From assembly GCF_006345805.1 (NCBI RefSeq), contig NC_043015.1:27714001-27778000 (forward strand): a stretch of DNA of 64,000 nucleotides. Reading direction: 5' to 3'. This document shows positions 13,571-25,015 of the stretch, piece after piece. The translations under genes and the position numbers were made by a program. The notes beneath the pieces are model-generated. The model searched no databases, was not told the origin of the DNA, and worked only from the letters and a program-made list of their open reading frames with translations. Origin of the DNA: Octopus sinensis. Lineage: Eukaryota. Every line of letters starts with the position of its first letter. Position 1 is the stretch's first letter.

Positions 13571-14326
13571 TAATAACAATAAAAATAACAACAACAATAA
13601 CAATATACATCTTCACTGAATTCTAAACAGCATGCTTTTGATACTGGAGATATCACATTTTCCTAAAATTTTGGCATTTGATACCTTGCCATTTTATGTT
13701 GCAGATATAGTGCAGAGAACACGTGTGAAAGGTTTCAAGTTTCTTTATATGTCTAGTAGGGAATCCATGTTTCTGCCTTGTACAAAAGTGTGTTCAAAAT
13801 ACAAGATTTCTATGCACTTATTTTAATTTTCAAACTGACACTGTTTTTATCCCGCTAATGATGGGAAAGTTTTCCAAAAGCAATTGTAGCCTTACATATT
13901 GTAACATTGATTTCATCAAGAGTGCTCTTAAAGTTTACTGTATTTCCAAGTTATTTGAATTTTTACTAAACTTCTAAGATATTTAATAACAATCACAACA
14001 ACAATAATAAAAATGATGTTGAAACAAGACTTTTAGCTCTAATAAAGTAGTACTAGTTATGATACCACCTGAGCATTTCTTACATGAAGAGAAGACTTCA
14101 GATTTATATGGCGTGGGGTTTCGGAAAAAGAAAAAAACAAATGATAATGTGTGACACCTAAAACATTTTCAAGGTCATTAATAGCATGAATGAAATATAT
14201 TTTCTATCAAGGGAATTGAAACCAAGTCACGGACTTGTTGATCCCTGTGAGATTAGTTGTTACACTAGAGTTCTTGCTACACTATTTGAGAAATAATATC
14301 AAGTTGTAATGTTTTGACTTTTGCAG

Positions 14327-14393
14327 ACTGAAAGCAATTTATCTAATGAAACCAATTTGATACTAAAGAAACAAAAAGAAACAGAGGAAAAAA
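14327..14393 (+). CDS. Candidate coding exon of an unidentified host gene (TESNLSNETNLILKKQKETEEK)
   Basis: Acceptor TTTTGACTTTTGCAG and donor A|GTATGT. Only one frame is open. It ends in phase 1, compatible with exon 29978-30025. Confidence 0.5.
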
Positions 14394-14762
14394 GTATGTT
14401 TTATTCATTTTTCTCATAACTCATTATACACTGTTCACTGCAGTTTGTTCGTTGTGTTGAAAATAATTTGTAAGTGCATAGTCCTGTAGAGTAATTTCCC
14501 CTGTGTCCAAGCAGTAATCATAAAGCATTTTTTTTTTTGCATTTTCAGTATTCCAGGAAACAAAACAAAAAGTTAAAAAAATAAAATTTATGATACAAAT
14601 GAGAAATTAGAAGAATATAGTGAAAATAAAAATTTCATGCCCACTGTATTTATTTTAAAAATATGGTAGTGTTAAAATATTATAACAATTGCTTGTGTTC
14701 ATTTATAGCTGATGTATATATGCAGCAATAAAAAAATGATAATTTGATAAATTGAAACAAAC

Positions 14763-15024
14763 GGGGCTCCACTTTGACTTTCATTCTTTCCTTACCCCCA
14801 GCACTATAAAAATATAAATAACCAGTCAAGTAGTATGAAGTTAGCTGAGTTAAATGGTGGTCATCATCATCATCATCATCATCGTTTAAAGCGGACATTA
14901 AACGATGATGATGATGATGATGATGACCACCATTTAACTCAACTAACTTCATACTACTTGACTGGTTATTTATATTTTTATAGTGCTGGGGGTAAGGAAA
15001 CAATGAAAGTCAAAGTGGAGCCCC
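14763..15024. repeat. 262-bp fold-back palindrome (~127-bp arms, 8-nt loop)
   Basis: 14763-14889 is the reverse complement of 14898-15024, with two mismatches found by eye. Loop AGCGGACA. Confidence 0.92.
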
Positions 15025-15208
15025 AATGGAATTTGAACTCAGAACATAAATGAAGTTGACCAAATAATAGTCAAATACAACAAAGCCTCTTATCCAGCTC
15101 TCAACTAATTCTGTCTTAATAATAATGATAATCATTTCTTTATTTTGCCACAGACATTTGCAATGCAAAACATTGATTTATAGTATTGTGCGTGTGTGTG
15201 TGTGCGTA

Positions 15209-15242
<34 letters not shown>

Positions 15243-16142
15243 TGTGTGTGTGTGTGATTGTCATCATTTTACATCTGTTTCTCATGCTGGCATGGGTAGA
15301 ACAGTTTGACAAGATATAATAGGTTGGCAGACTAACTGCAATGATTCTTGTTGGCATGGTTTCCATGTCTGAATGCCCTCCCTAACACCTACCAGAGTAT
15401 AGTGTGTGCATGTCTGTGAGTATGAATCTATAAATGCAGACGTATGTTTGTTATGTCTATTGTTTTGACATGGTTGCAGTAAGAGGCCACCAGGTGCAGA
15501 AGTGCTGCTCTGTCACTTCCTCTATTTGAGTCAGAGTGGGATGCCATAGCTTACTGGATAGGTTACCGAATATTAGCTTTTAGGTTCATCAATCAAAATA
15601 TGCCTATTATCCCTCATCACATTGTGCATTGACTAAAACTTTCATATTACTATAATTCTATATATTTACCTAGCAAAAAAGCTAGAATACATACATATAA
15701 ATAAGAACGCACACACATACGTACAGACGCGCACACACGCACACACGCGCACACATGCACACACACAAACACACACACGCACACACATACAAACACATGC
15801 GCACATGCACACACCTATATATATATATATACATATACATACATACATACAGATGCTTCAAGGTTTTATTTAATGGCATTTCATCATTTGTGTATAACAT
15901 ATCATTCAATCCATTTAGATATTTTACATATTATTTTTTTAGTTTTTGATTCATTGTAAATAATTGCTAACATGAGATGGATTCTACATTTTTAACCAGT
16001 TCCTTGAGTAAACATGCAGCAAACTACAAATACCAAAATGTATTCCAATAAAAATAAGCAGCATGAAGATTAAAATACAGGGCACCTTTTGACTAGTAAA
16101 TAATAATGAATCTCATACATTTTACATACAGATGTATATATA

Positions 16143-19100
16143 TCATCATCATCATCATCATCATTTAGCGTCCGCTTTCCATGCTAGCATGGGTTGGACA
16201 GCTCAACTGGGGTCTGGGAAGCCAGAAGGCTGCACCAGGCCCAGTCTGATCTGGCAATGTTTCTACAGCTGGATGCCCTTCCTAATGCCAACCTCTCTGT
16301 GAGTGTAGTGGGTGCTTTTTATGTGCCACCAGCACGGGGGCCAGGCGAGGCTGGCAACGGCCACAATCGGATAGTGCTTTTTACATGTCACTGGCACGGA
16401 GGCCCGTTGGGGCGGCGCTGGCAACGGCCACATTCGGATGGTTCACTTATGTGCCACCAGCACTGGTATCACAGCTACAATTTCCATTGATGTTGATCGA
16501 TTTCAATTTTGATTCTGATTCTGATTCTGACTTGCCTCAACAGGTCTTCACAAGTAGAGATTTGTGTCCCAAGAAGGAAAGGTATGCATAAGTGGACTGG
16601 CTACATCCCAGGTAGAGGCAACGGTTTATGGTCTCACTTGTCCTGCCGGGTCTTCTCACACACAGCAAACTTCCATAGGTCTTGGTCTCTAGTCATTTCC
16701 TTGGTGAGACCTAAAGTTCGAAGGTCGTGCTTCACGACCTCATCCCAGGTTTTCCTGGGTCTACCTCTTCCACAGGTTCCCTCAACCACTAGAGTGTGGC
16801 ACTTTTTCACAGAACTATCTTCATCCATTCTTGTCACATGACCATACCAGTGCAAATGTCTCTCTTGCACACCACAACTGATGCTTCTTAGGTCCAACTT
16901 TTCTCTCAAGGTACTTACACTCTGTCGAGTATGAACACTGACATTACACATCCATCGGAGCATACTGGCTTCATTTCTTGCGAGCTTACGCATATCCTCA
17001 GCAGTCACGGCCCATGTTTCACTACCATGTAGCATGGCTGTTCATACACATGCGTCATACAGTCTGCCTTTTACTCTGAGCGAGAGGCTTTTTGTCACCA
17101 GCAGAGGTAAGAGCTCTCTGAACTTTGCCCAGGCTATTCTTACTCTAGCAGTTACACTTTCAGCACACCCACCCCCGCTACTGACTTGGTCACCTAGGTA
17201 ACGGATGCTATCAACTATTTCTAATTTTTCTCCCTGGAATGTGGTGGAAGTTGGTCTCTGCGCATTTTCAGTGTTTATTGCTCCTGAGCATCTGCCACAT
17301 ACAAAAACTATTTTCCTAGTTAGCCTTTCTTTGACATTGCTGCACCTCTTAAGTGTCCATAGCTTACACTTGGTGCATCTTATAGAGTTTCTACCAACGC
17401 CTTTGCTACAGATCGAGCAGGGCCATCTACCTGAAGGGATTTGTGATTTGTCTACCTTCCTACTTATTAGGACTTTGATTTTAGCTAGGTTGACTCTAAG
17501 GCCCTTCGATTCTAATCCTTGCTTCCACACCTGAAACTTCTCCTCCAGTTCTGATAGTGACTCAGCAATTAGAGCAAGGTCATCAGCATAGAGGAGCTAC
17601 CAGGGGCATCCTGTCTTGAATTCCTCCATTATTGCCTGGAGGACTATGATAAATAGGAGGGGGCTGAGGACTGAACCTTGGTGGACCCCTACCTCTACTC
17701 GGAATTCTTCACTGTACTCGTTGCCAACCCTCACCTTACTAGCAGCGTCCCTGTACATGGCTCGCACAGCTCTCACTAACCATTCATCTATACCTAGTTT
17801 CCTCATTGACCGCCAGATAAGGGATCGGGGCACCCTGTCAGAGGCTTTCTCCATGTCAACAAAAGCCACGTATAGGGGCTTATCTTTGGCTAGGTATTTC
17901 TCCTGCAGCTGTCTTACCAGGAATATAGCATCAGTTGTACTTTTCCCTGGCACGAACCCAAACTGCATCTCATCTAAACTAACTCTCTCTATCTAATTAG
18001 TAGGGCTATGACCCTCTCCGTAACCTTCATTACCTGATCCAACAGCTTGATACTCCTGTAGTTATTTGTATCTAGGGCGTCACCTTTACTTTTGTAGCAG
18101 TTGACTATTATGCTGCTACACCAGTCATTGGGAATGACTCCTTCGTGTATCACCTGGTTAACTATACGGGTGACTAGGCTATAGCCGACACTACCAGATA
18201 TTTTGACCATCTCTGCAGTAATTCCTGATGGGCCTGGGACTTTCCCTCTCTTCATGCTTCTAATTGCCTTAACTACCAAGGAACTGTCAACTCGGATAGC
18301 TGGTCCCTCTGTTGGGTCAACATTTGACAGACTCTCTTTATCCCATTCACTTTCTTTGTTCAGCAACCTTTCATAGTGGCATCTCCAAACCTCTCTCTTT
18401 GCATCCTCATTTAGCGCAAGTAAACCATTATCCATGCGAACACATTTCTCTCCTACCACATCACGATTCTCTCTCACACACTGTCTTGCAACACAAAATA
18501 CCTCAAGTCTTTCATCCTCACAGCACAGAACATTGGCAAATTTTTTCTTATCTGCTTCCCCTCTGGCTAAATAAACCTGCCTCGTAGCTTCCCTTCTGGC
18601 AGTCTGATACACTTCTCTGCTACCACCGTTCTTCCAGTCCTTCCAAGCCTGTTTCTTTTGTCTAATAGCCCTGTCAACAATATTGTTCCACCACCACGTT
18701 ATTTTGGGTCTTGAGGGGACTTTGCACCATCCACAGATCTGGTCAGTGGCTCTTAGCAGGTTGTCCCTTAGAAACCTCCAGTTGTCTTCTACCCCATGTG
18801 ATACTCTATCCCCTTCTATTTCGTCAAAGGCTCCAAGTAATGTATCTCTAAATCTCTGTCCATTCGCAGGATCTTTAAGCTTCCAGACCCTTCTTCTCCA
18901 TGTTGGTCGTCTTCTGGTCGTCCTCTTAGTCCTGATCCTAAAGTCACTAACTACCAGTCAATGTTGTGGGGTACATTCGTCGCCAGGGAAGGTTTTGGCA
19001 TTTATAAGCAGCCATCTTTCCCTTTTTCTGGCAAGGATGTAGTCAATTTGGCTAGTATGTCGGCCCAATCAGTAGGTGCCTAGGTGGCTGGTAGGTTTCC

Positions 19101-19760
19101 TGAAGTTAGTGTTGGAAGCCATAAGATTATTCACATCACAGAACTCCAGCAGCCTGGTTCCCTCCTCGTTGCGGGAACCATAACCGTAGCCTCCATGTAC
19201 ACCATTGAAGCCTCCAGCATGTCATCCAATATGCCCATTGAAGTCACCAGCCACAAAGAGAAGGTCCCTGTCGTTCGTCGATGAGGTAGTCTGCAGTAGG
19301 GTGTCATAGAATCGGTCTTTCTGCCCATCGGGCAGACCTGGCTGAGGAGCATAGGCTGATATAATGGCTGCTAATACATGATGAAGCATTAATCTAATCT
19401 TAAATATTCTGTCGCATACTCTGACTACCTCAATTACTTTATCTACCCATTTGTCAGCAATAAGTATACCCACGCCTCCGATCCCGCCCAGAAAATCTCA
19501 TACCTGTGTTCTTTGCCTGTGAGGAACCTAGCAGAACATCCTCTCCACCTCACTTCTTGAATGCAGCATATATCTACACATCTCCATTCAAGTAACTCAA
19601 CAATCTCGCCAGACCTACCTTTCAGTGTGCCAACGTTAAGGGCGCCAACCCTGAGGGTGTGGGAGGTATAGGCCCTAGGCACCTTGGGACGGGGTACAGT
19701 AGCTTCAAGTACCTGAAAAGAAAACTCGCGTTTGGCAGGATTCGTAGACAAACAATAGAC
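16143..19760 (-). mobile_element. Near full-length RTE-clade LINE (AP endonuclease + RT), inactivated, with (ATG)n tail
   Basis: APE motifs LNVGTLKG, ICCIQEVRW and FVAGDFNGH. RT motifs QFGFVPGKSTTDAIF, VHQGSVLSPLLF and LLYADD (~17580-17600). C-terminal LHGSETW and RGRPRKTW. Several stops and frameshifts. 3' UTR with tandem ~50-bp units ending in (GAT)n. Confidence 0.95.
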
Positions 19761-20099
19761 TTAAGTTCAAACCGTGTACACTACACTACACTTGCCAAGA
19801 AATATTGACATAATGTGTCCATTTCAAGCACTACAAAATTGGGATTTTCCATTCCCTAATTAGGCTCATAACAAAGTTTATGAAATAGATCCCCATTTCC
19901 AATTAATTGATAGTGTAGGGGAAACAATCTGTTGTCACTAACGATTTTTTGTTCTCTGATAGCCATTTGAAGCATTGATCTCCACCTCTGCAAGGTAAAG
20001 AATTGAATTTGTCTTTGTATAGAGTTTGCTGAGCTGTCCACAAGGTTGCAGCTCTTATGAATGTGAAGCCATTAGTCACTCTGTGACCAGACTTTAGCT

Positions 20100-20710
20100 T
20101 TAGTGATTTAATATGTATATATATATTTGCACTTGTATGTATATATTTCTATATACATACAAGCAAATGGATTTATGTATGTACATATATATAGGTTTCT
20201 ATGTCTCTGTATGAGGTGCATGAGTGTAAATGTGTGTGTGGATGTGTATATGTATGTGTCTGTGTGTGCATGTCTATGCACAAGTGCATGTAGGTTAGTA
20301 TGTCTGTATGTGTCTGTGTGTACACGTGTGGAAGTCTATGTACATGTGAGTGTATAAGTATATGTACGTGTGTGCATGTGCATGTGCAAGCACAAGAATG
20401 TACCCATTTGTGTGTGCATGTGTGTGTCTGTGTGTGGTGACCAGTGCATGTATAAATGTAGTAGGATGTCAACATATACTCCAGCAGAGTGACGCCAGTC
20501 TGTATATGGTCGAGCGTATGTCTGTGTGTATGTGAGTGAATGGATGTCTGTGCCCATTGACAGGATGACTGATGTCTGTGGGTATGTATGTATGTGGATG
20601 CATTTGTGTGTATATGAATGTATGCAGGCATGCACACATGCATATACATATGAATGTGTGTGTGTGTGTTTGTGTGTGTGTTTGTGTGTCTGTGCATGTG
20701 TTTAAACATT
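20100..20710. repeat. Degenerate TG/TATG cryptic microsatellite array
   Basis: Direct reading of the sequence. Confidence 0.85.
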
Positions 20711-21011
20711 GGCAGTCAAAAGGTCTAAAGACCTGAATCTGACCGTGGTGCTATGCTTAACTGCCTTAGCCACCAGACATCAAAGGTTTACATATGTTGA
20801 GCTGTTCTATCTAATACCCATCCATATACACAAAATTCTTCATATTTTTTCTTTTTTATCTTTTAAGAATAACTTCTTGACCACAAATATTAACCCTAAC
20901 CCCCACCTGATCCATGTTAGATGCTTTGTGTTTCTGTTCTTTTATTTTCTTCCTAACCAAATATTCCTCACTTTAACAAATGGACTTGAACTGCTAGAAT
21001 CTCTCACTATA

Positions 21012-21245
21012 TAGGCGGCAAGCTGGCAGAAACGTTAGCACGCTGGGTGAAATGCGTAGCTGTATTTCGTCTGTCGTTACATTCTGAGTTCAAATTCCGC
21101 CAAGGTCCACTTTGCCTTTCATCCTTTCAGGGTCGATAAATAAAGTACCAGTTTCTAACTGGGGTCAATGTAATCGACTTAATCCCGTTGTCTGTCCTTG
21201 TTTGTCCCCTCTATATTTAACCCCTTGTGGGTAGTAAAGAAATAC
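21012..21245 (+). mobile_element. tRNA-derived SINE, family B, near complete
   Basis: Head GGCGGCAAGCTGGCAGAAACGTTAGC, B-box-like GAGTTCAAATTCC and conserved core TTTGCCTTTCATCCTTTCAGGGTCGATAAA. Confidence 0.88.
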
Positions 21246-21286
21246 ACTATATAGCTTGAAGCAAAATCGTATGAAGCATCTTATGT

Positions 21287-21389
21287 CACCTGAGGAGGCT
21301 CTTTTGCACTGTGCATAGCATCTGGTGTTATTGCACCATTCCACGACCACAAGGGAGCAGTGCAATATGAAGCTGAAATAATTCTTGTG
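21287..21389 (+). ncRNA. Possible degenerate type I hammerhead ribozyme
   Basis: CAC-CTGAGGA-(GGCT/AGCT and TTGCACTG/CAGTGCAA helices)-GAAAT-AATT-CTT-GTG. Stem III deviates at two positions from GAAAC-AATT-GTT. Confidence 0.3.
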
Positions 21390-21449
21390 CTAATAAATGC
21401 TTCTTGTTACACACCATCTTCTGTATTATTCTTTTAAAATGTGTATGTA

Positions 21450-21653
21450 GGCACAGGAGTGGCTTGTGTGGTAAGTAACTCCCTCCAACATCACTTGATG
21501 TTGCATTTACATCCCTATAACTTAGTGGTTTGGCAAAAGACACTGATAGAATAAGTACTAGGCTTACAAAGAATAAGTCCTGGGGTCAATTTGCTCGACT
21601 AAAGGTAGTGCTCCAGCATGGCTACAGTCAAATGACTGAAACAAGCAAAAGAG
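21450..21653 (+). mobile_element. tRNA-derived SINE, family A, internally deleted
   Basis: AGGAGTGGC...GTGGTAAG head joined directly to the 3' part ending AAATGACTGAAACAAG.AAAAGAG. Confidence 0.85.
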
Positions 21654-21682
21654 TATATATATATATACTCTTTTATTCCCTA

Positions 21683-21873
21683 AGGCACAGGAGTGGCTGT
21701 ATGGTAAGTAGCTTGCTTATCAACCACATTGTTCCAGGTTCAGTCCCACTGTGTGGCACCTTGGGCAAGTGTCTTCTACTATAGCCTTGGGTCAACCAAA
21801 GCCTTGTAAGTGGATTTGTTAGACAGAAACTGAAAGAAGCCCGTTATATATATGTATGTATATATATATATAT

Positions 21874-21970
<97 letters not shown>

Positions 21971-22180
21971 TTGTGTGTCTGTGTTTGTCCCCCCAACATT
22001 GCTTGACAACCGATGTTGCTGTGTTGACATCCCCATAACTTAGCGGTTTGGCATAAGAGACTAATAAGAAGAAGTACTAGGCTTACAAAAAATAAGTTCT
22101 GGGGTGAATTTGCTTGACTAAAGGTGGTGCTCCAGCATGGCCACTGTCAAATGACTGAAACAAGTAAAAGAATAAAAGAG
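21683..22180 (+). mobile_element. tRNA-derived SINE, family A (internal (TA)n(TG)n microsatellite)
   Basis: A-box/B-box-like head, CCTTGGGCAAGTGTCTTCTAC core and typical 3' end. At least 8 further copies or fragments in the window. Confidence 0.92.
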
Positions 22181-22764
22181 TATATATATATTTGTATGTG
22201 TAATGTAATAGTTTAGAAAAAACCCATTGATTTCATATTTGGCATGAACTAGACATCTCTTCAGTTTCTCTAAATGACAACTTGTTCTCTGCAAAGTATG
22301 GTTTTTGAAACACAAGAACACCAGTGATAGTTCAAGAAATATTCCTCTTAAAAAATTATGGCCGGGCAAGTTGTCTTCATTCGCTTGAGCTAGGTTTTCC
22401 AAATTTGAAGTAAAACTTTCTGAAAATGTGGACATCTTCCCACGGCTTCTGTCCTGGAGTTCAGGTAGCCCTCCTGGCTCATATGAGTTATGAGAATATA
22501 TATATATATATATATATATATGAATAATCTGATAAAAAGCACATAGATGAGGTAAAAGAACAGCTGAGTAATGCTCAGGAAAAATTGAAGAAATGTTTAA
22601 CATTCAAGCCTACACTCTACAGAAAGGATAAATGAAGAGAGGGGAAGAAAGATGGAGGGTAAAAAAATACATGTTTGAATTTAACAAAGGCATGCTGAAA
22701 TGACTGAAAGAGGGAGAAACTAACTTTAAGTATGAGTAGCAAAGGAAACAAGACTGACCTGGCA

Positions 22765-22803
<39 letters not shown>

Positions 22804-23740
22804 CTGCATTGACCTGTGTGCATGTAAGAAACAAACTTGTGTTTGTAGGTATTCATGTATGTGTGTGTGTGTGTGATCCTAATGTGTGCATATGTGTGTG
22901 TATGAAAATGTGTGTCTGTATATGTGAACAAGTTTGTGTGTGTATGAAACAATGTGTGTGTATACTTGTGTGTATGTGTACATGGGCATATATATGTGAG
23001 TGTGAAGCAATCTGACGTGTGTGTACATGAGGCTGTCAGACATGCTAGTGTGTGTGTGTGTATATGAAGCTATTGTGTGGAATATATTATGTGCATTAGT
23101 GTGCGTGCATGTTTTTGTTTCCTGCATATGAATGACACCATTGTGTTTGTATATAGTGTGTGTGTTTATGTTTGTTGGTGTGAGTAAGTGTGTGTGTGTA
23201 TCCTGTTTTCAGTTGGTGTGTGTGTCTGTGTGAGGTTACTGGACAAATTGTATGTGTATGAAGCTGATGTGTGCATATATATCCTGTAGATTTGTACATG
23301 TATATATGTGTTTATGAGCACCTGTATGTGTATGTGAGGCTGTCTGATATATGTGTGCGTTGTAGGAGTATGTTAAGCATGTCATCGAGAATAGAAGTGT
23401 AAGACAGAGAGTGGTGACAGAGTAGTAGATATGGGGAAGTGTGAGTGGGTGATTGTATATTTGCCATTGTACATGTGAGGATGGATAAGGAAGTGTGTGT
23501 GTGTGCTGGTATGTATGGAGTTGCAAGGAGTGTGTGTATGTGTGTGTGAGTGCATGTGTTGGTGCTTTTGTGTGTGGAGTATGAAGAAGGAGCATATGTG
23601 CATGTGCGTAGGTGTATGTATATGTTGTTTGCATAAAGATCATGTGTATGGTGTGGATAATAAGTTAAATGGCATAGAGTGGTGTGTGGGGGTTGAGGAA
23701 GGAAGGTGAGAGGTATGGTGTGTGCAAATGTGCGTGGAGG
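22765..23740. repeat. ~1-kb degenerate TG-rich cryptic microsatellite
   Basis: Direct reading of the sequence. Confidence 0.85.
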
Positions 23741-23916
23741 TGGGTTTAAATGAAGTGGAGTGGAGAATTAAGGCAGTGAGGGGTTAAAGTGTAGAGAGTG
23801 AAAATTAATTCCTGCACCAAACAGGAGTGGGAATCTGGATGGCCACTGTGCAGGGCCTGTCTGAGCACAGACAGATGTTGCAAGGTATCACCAGTTGACA
23901 AATATATATACATACA

Positions 23917-23952
<36 letters not shown>

Positions 23953-23970
23953 TATATACATCTAATGTAC

Positions 23971-24070
23971 TTTATTTAAAGCAGCAGAAAATTCAACAAA
24001 ACCTGTTACTCTGAGTTTCACGAAACTCAGAGTAACAGGTTTTGTTGAATTTTCCGCTGCTTTAAATAAA
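23971..24070. repeat. 100-bp near-perfect hairpin (49-bp arms, 2-nt loop)
   Basis: TTTATTTAAAGCAGC...CTGAGTTTC-AC-GAAACTCAG...GCTGCTTTAAATAAA with one mismatch. Confidence 0.95.
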
Positions 24071-24339
24071 GCATATTACTCTACCAACCTTGTTTCACAT
24101 TTATGTGTTTACTCTGGTATACATCTAATGTAGGATAAAATTTTTTCGAAAAAAAAATTTTATCAATGGCCAGCATATTAAAAAATACCTTTAAAGGTTA
24201 AATTTATAAATAACTTATAAAATAAGGGCAAAAGAAAAATTCTAATGCCAAATATGCTGAAAATAGACAAATTGTCAATTACCATTATAATTTATGCGTC
24301 TCGAAACAAGCCAATAGAAATTTCTAAAAAATTCCGTTA

Positions 24340-24400
24340 TTACCATATTGGTCCCAATTTCAGAGTTAATTCATAAGAATTTTCTCCTCCTCACCGATAA
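24340..24400 (-). ncRNA. Mirror hammerhead copy with mutated core (C3 to G)
   Basis: Reverse complement reads ATTTATCG-GTGAGGA instead of ATTTATCA-CTGAGGA. The rest of the motif is conserved. Confidence 0.6.
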
Positions 24401-24505
24401 ATACGTAAGACATAAATGAAATACTTACTCATACCCATGGTAAAAGCTTTTTCCATTGCTTTTTCCGTGGGTAATGAGTAAGTATTTCATTTATGTCTTA
24501 CATAT

Positions 24506-24566
24506 TTATCACTGAGGAGGAGAAAATTCTTAAGAATTAACTCTGAAATTGGGACCAATATGGTAA
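24506..24566 (+). ncRNA. Type I hammerhead ribozyme motif, complete core
   Basis: Stem I TTATCA/TGGTAA; core CTGAGGA (24512-24518); stem II GGAG/CTCT plus AATTC-TTAA-GAATT; GAAA (24545-24548); stem III ATTG-GGAC-CAAT; predicted AUA cleavage after 24560. Confidence 0.7.
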
Positions 24567-24692
24567 TAACGGAATTTTTTAGAAATTTCTATTGGCTTGT
24601 TTTGAGACGCATAAATTATAATGGTTATTCAAAATTTGTCTATTTTCGGCATATTTGGCATTAGAGTTTTTCTTTTGCCCTTATTTTATAAG

Positions 24693-24721
<29 letters not shown>

Positions 24722-24726
<5 letters not shown>

Positions 24727-25015
24727 CGTAAAAAGCACCAGCTGTACGTGGCTGATGCCAGTACCCCAGACTGACCCCCATGCCAGTGGCACATAACAAG
24801 CACTATCTGAACATAATCGATGCTAGGCCCACCTGAGTGGCTCTTGTGCCTGTGGCACACAAAGAAACACCCACTACACTCTCAGAGTGGATGGCGTTAG
24901 GAAGGGAATCCAGTTGTAGAAACATTGCCAGATCAGATTGAAACCTGGTGCAGACCTCAGTCAAACTGTCCAACTTATACAAGCATGGAAAATAGACGTT
25001 AAATGATGATGATGT
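24722..25015 (+). mobile_element. Short element consisting of RTE 3' UTR / RTE-tailed SINE
   Basis: GGCGTTAGGAAGGGAATCCAG...GGAAAATAGACGTTAAATGATGATG matches the 3' end of the RTE at 16143-16500. Confidence 0.8.

Larger units (their letters stand above)
24210..24696. mobile_element. ~486-bp fold-back element (~230-bp inverted arms), probably non-autonomous and Penelope-related
   Basis: Arms ~24210-24445 and ~24468-24696 are reverse complements with scattered mismatches. Ends in a (TA)n tract. Each arm carries an HHR motif. Confidence 0.85.

Noticed and set aside
19700-19800. HDV-like ribozyme at the RTE 5' end (also sought at the Dong 5' end)
   Set aside because: I could not build the nested double pseudoknot by eye. 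It needs a descriptor-based search.
19963-19994. Micro-exon candidate (PFEALISTSA), and a similar one at ~50592-50660
   Set aside because: Splice sites are plausible but phases do not fit the neighbouring better-supported exons without extra assumptions.
22213-22270. HHR-like CTGAAGA...GAAAT on the minus strand
   Set aside because: Stem II pairs poorly and stem III needs wobble pairs, so it cannot be distinguished from chance.
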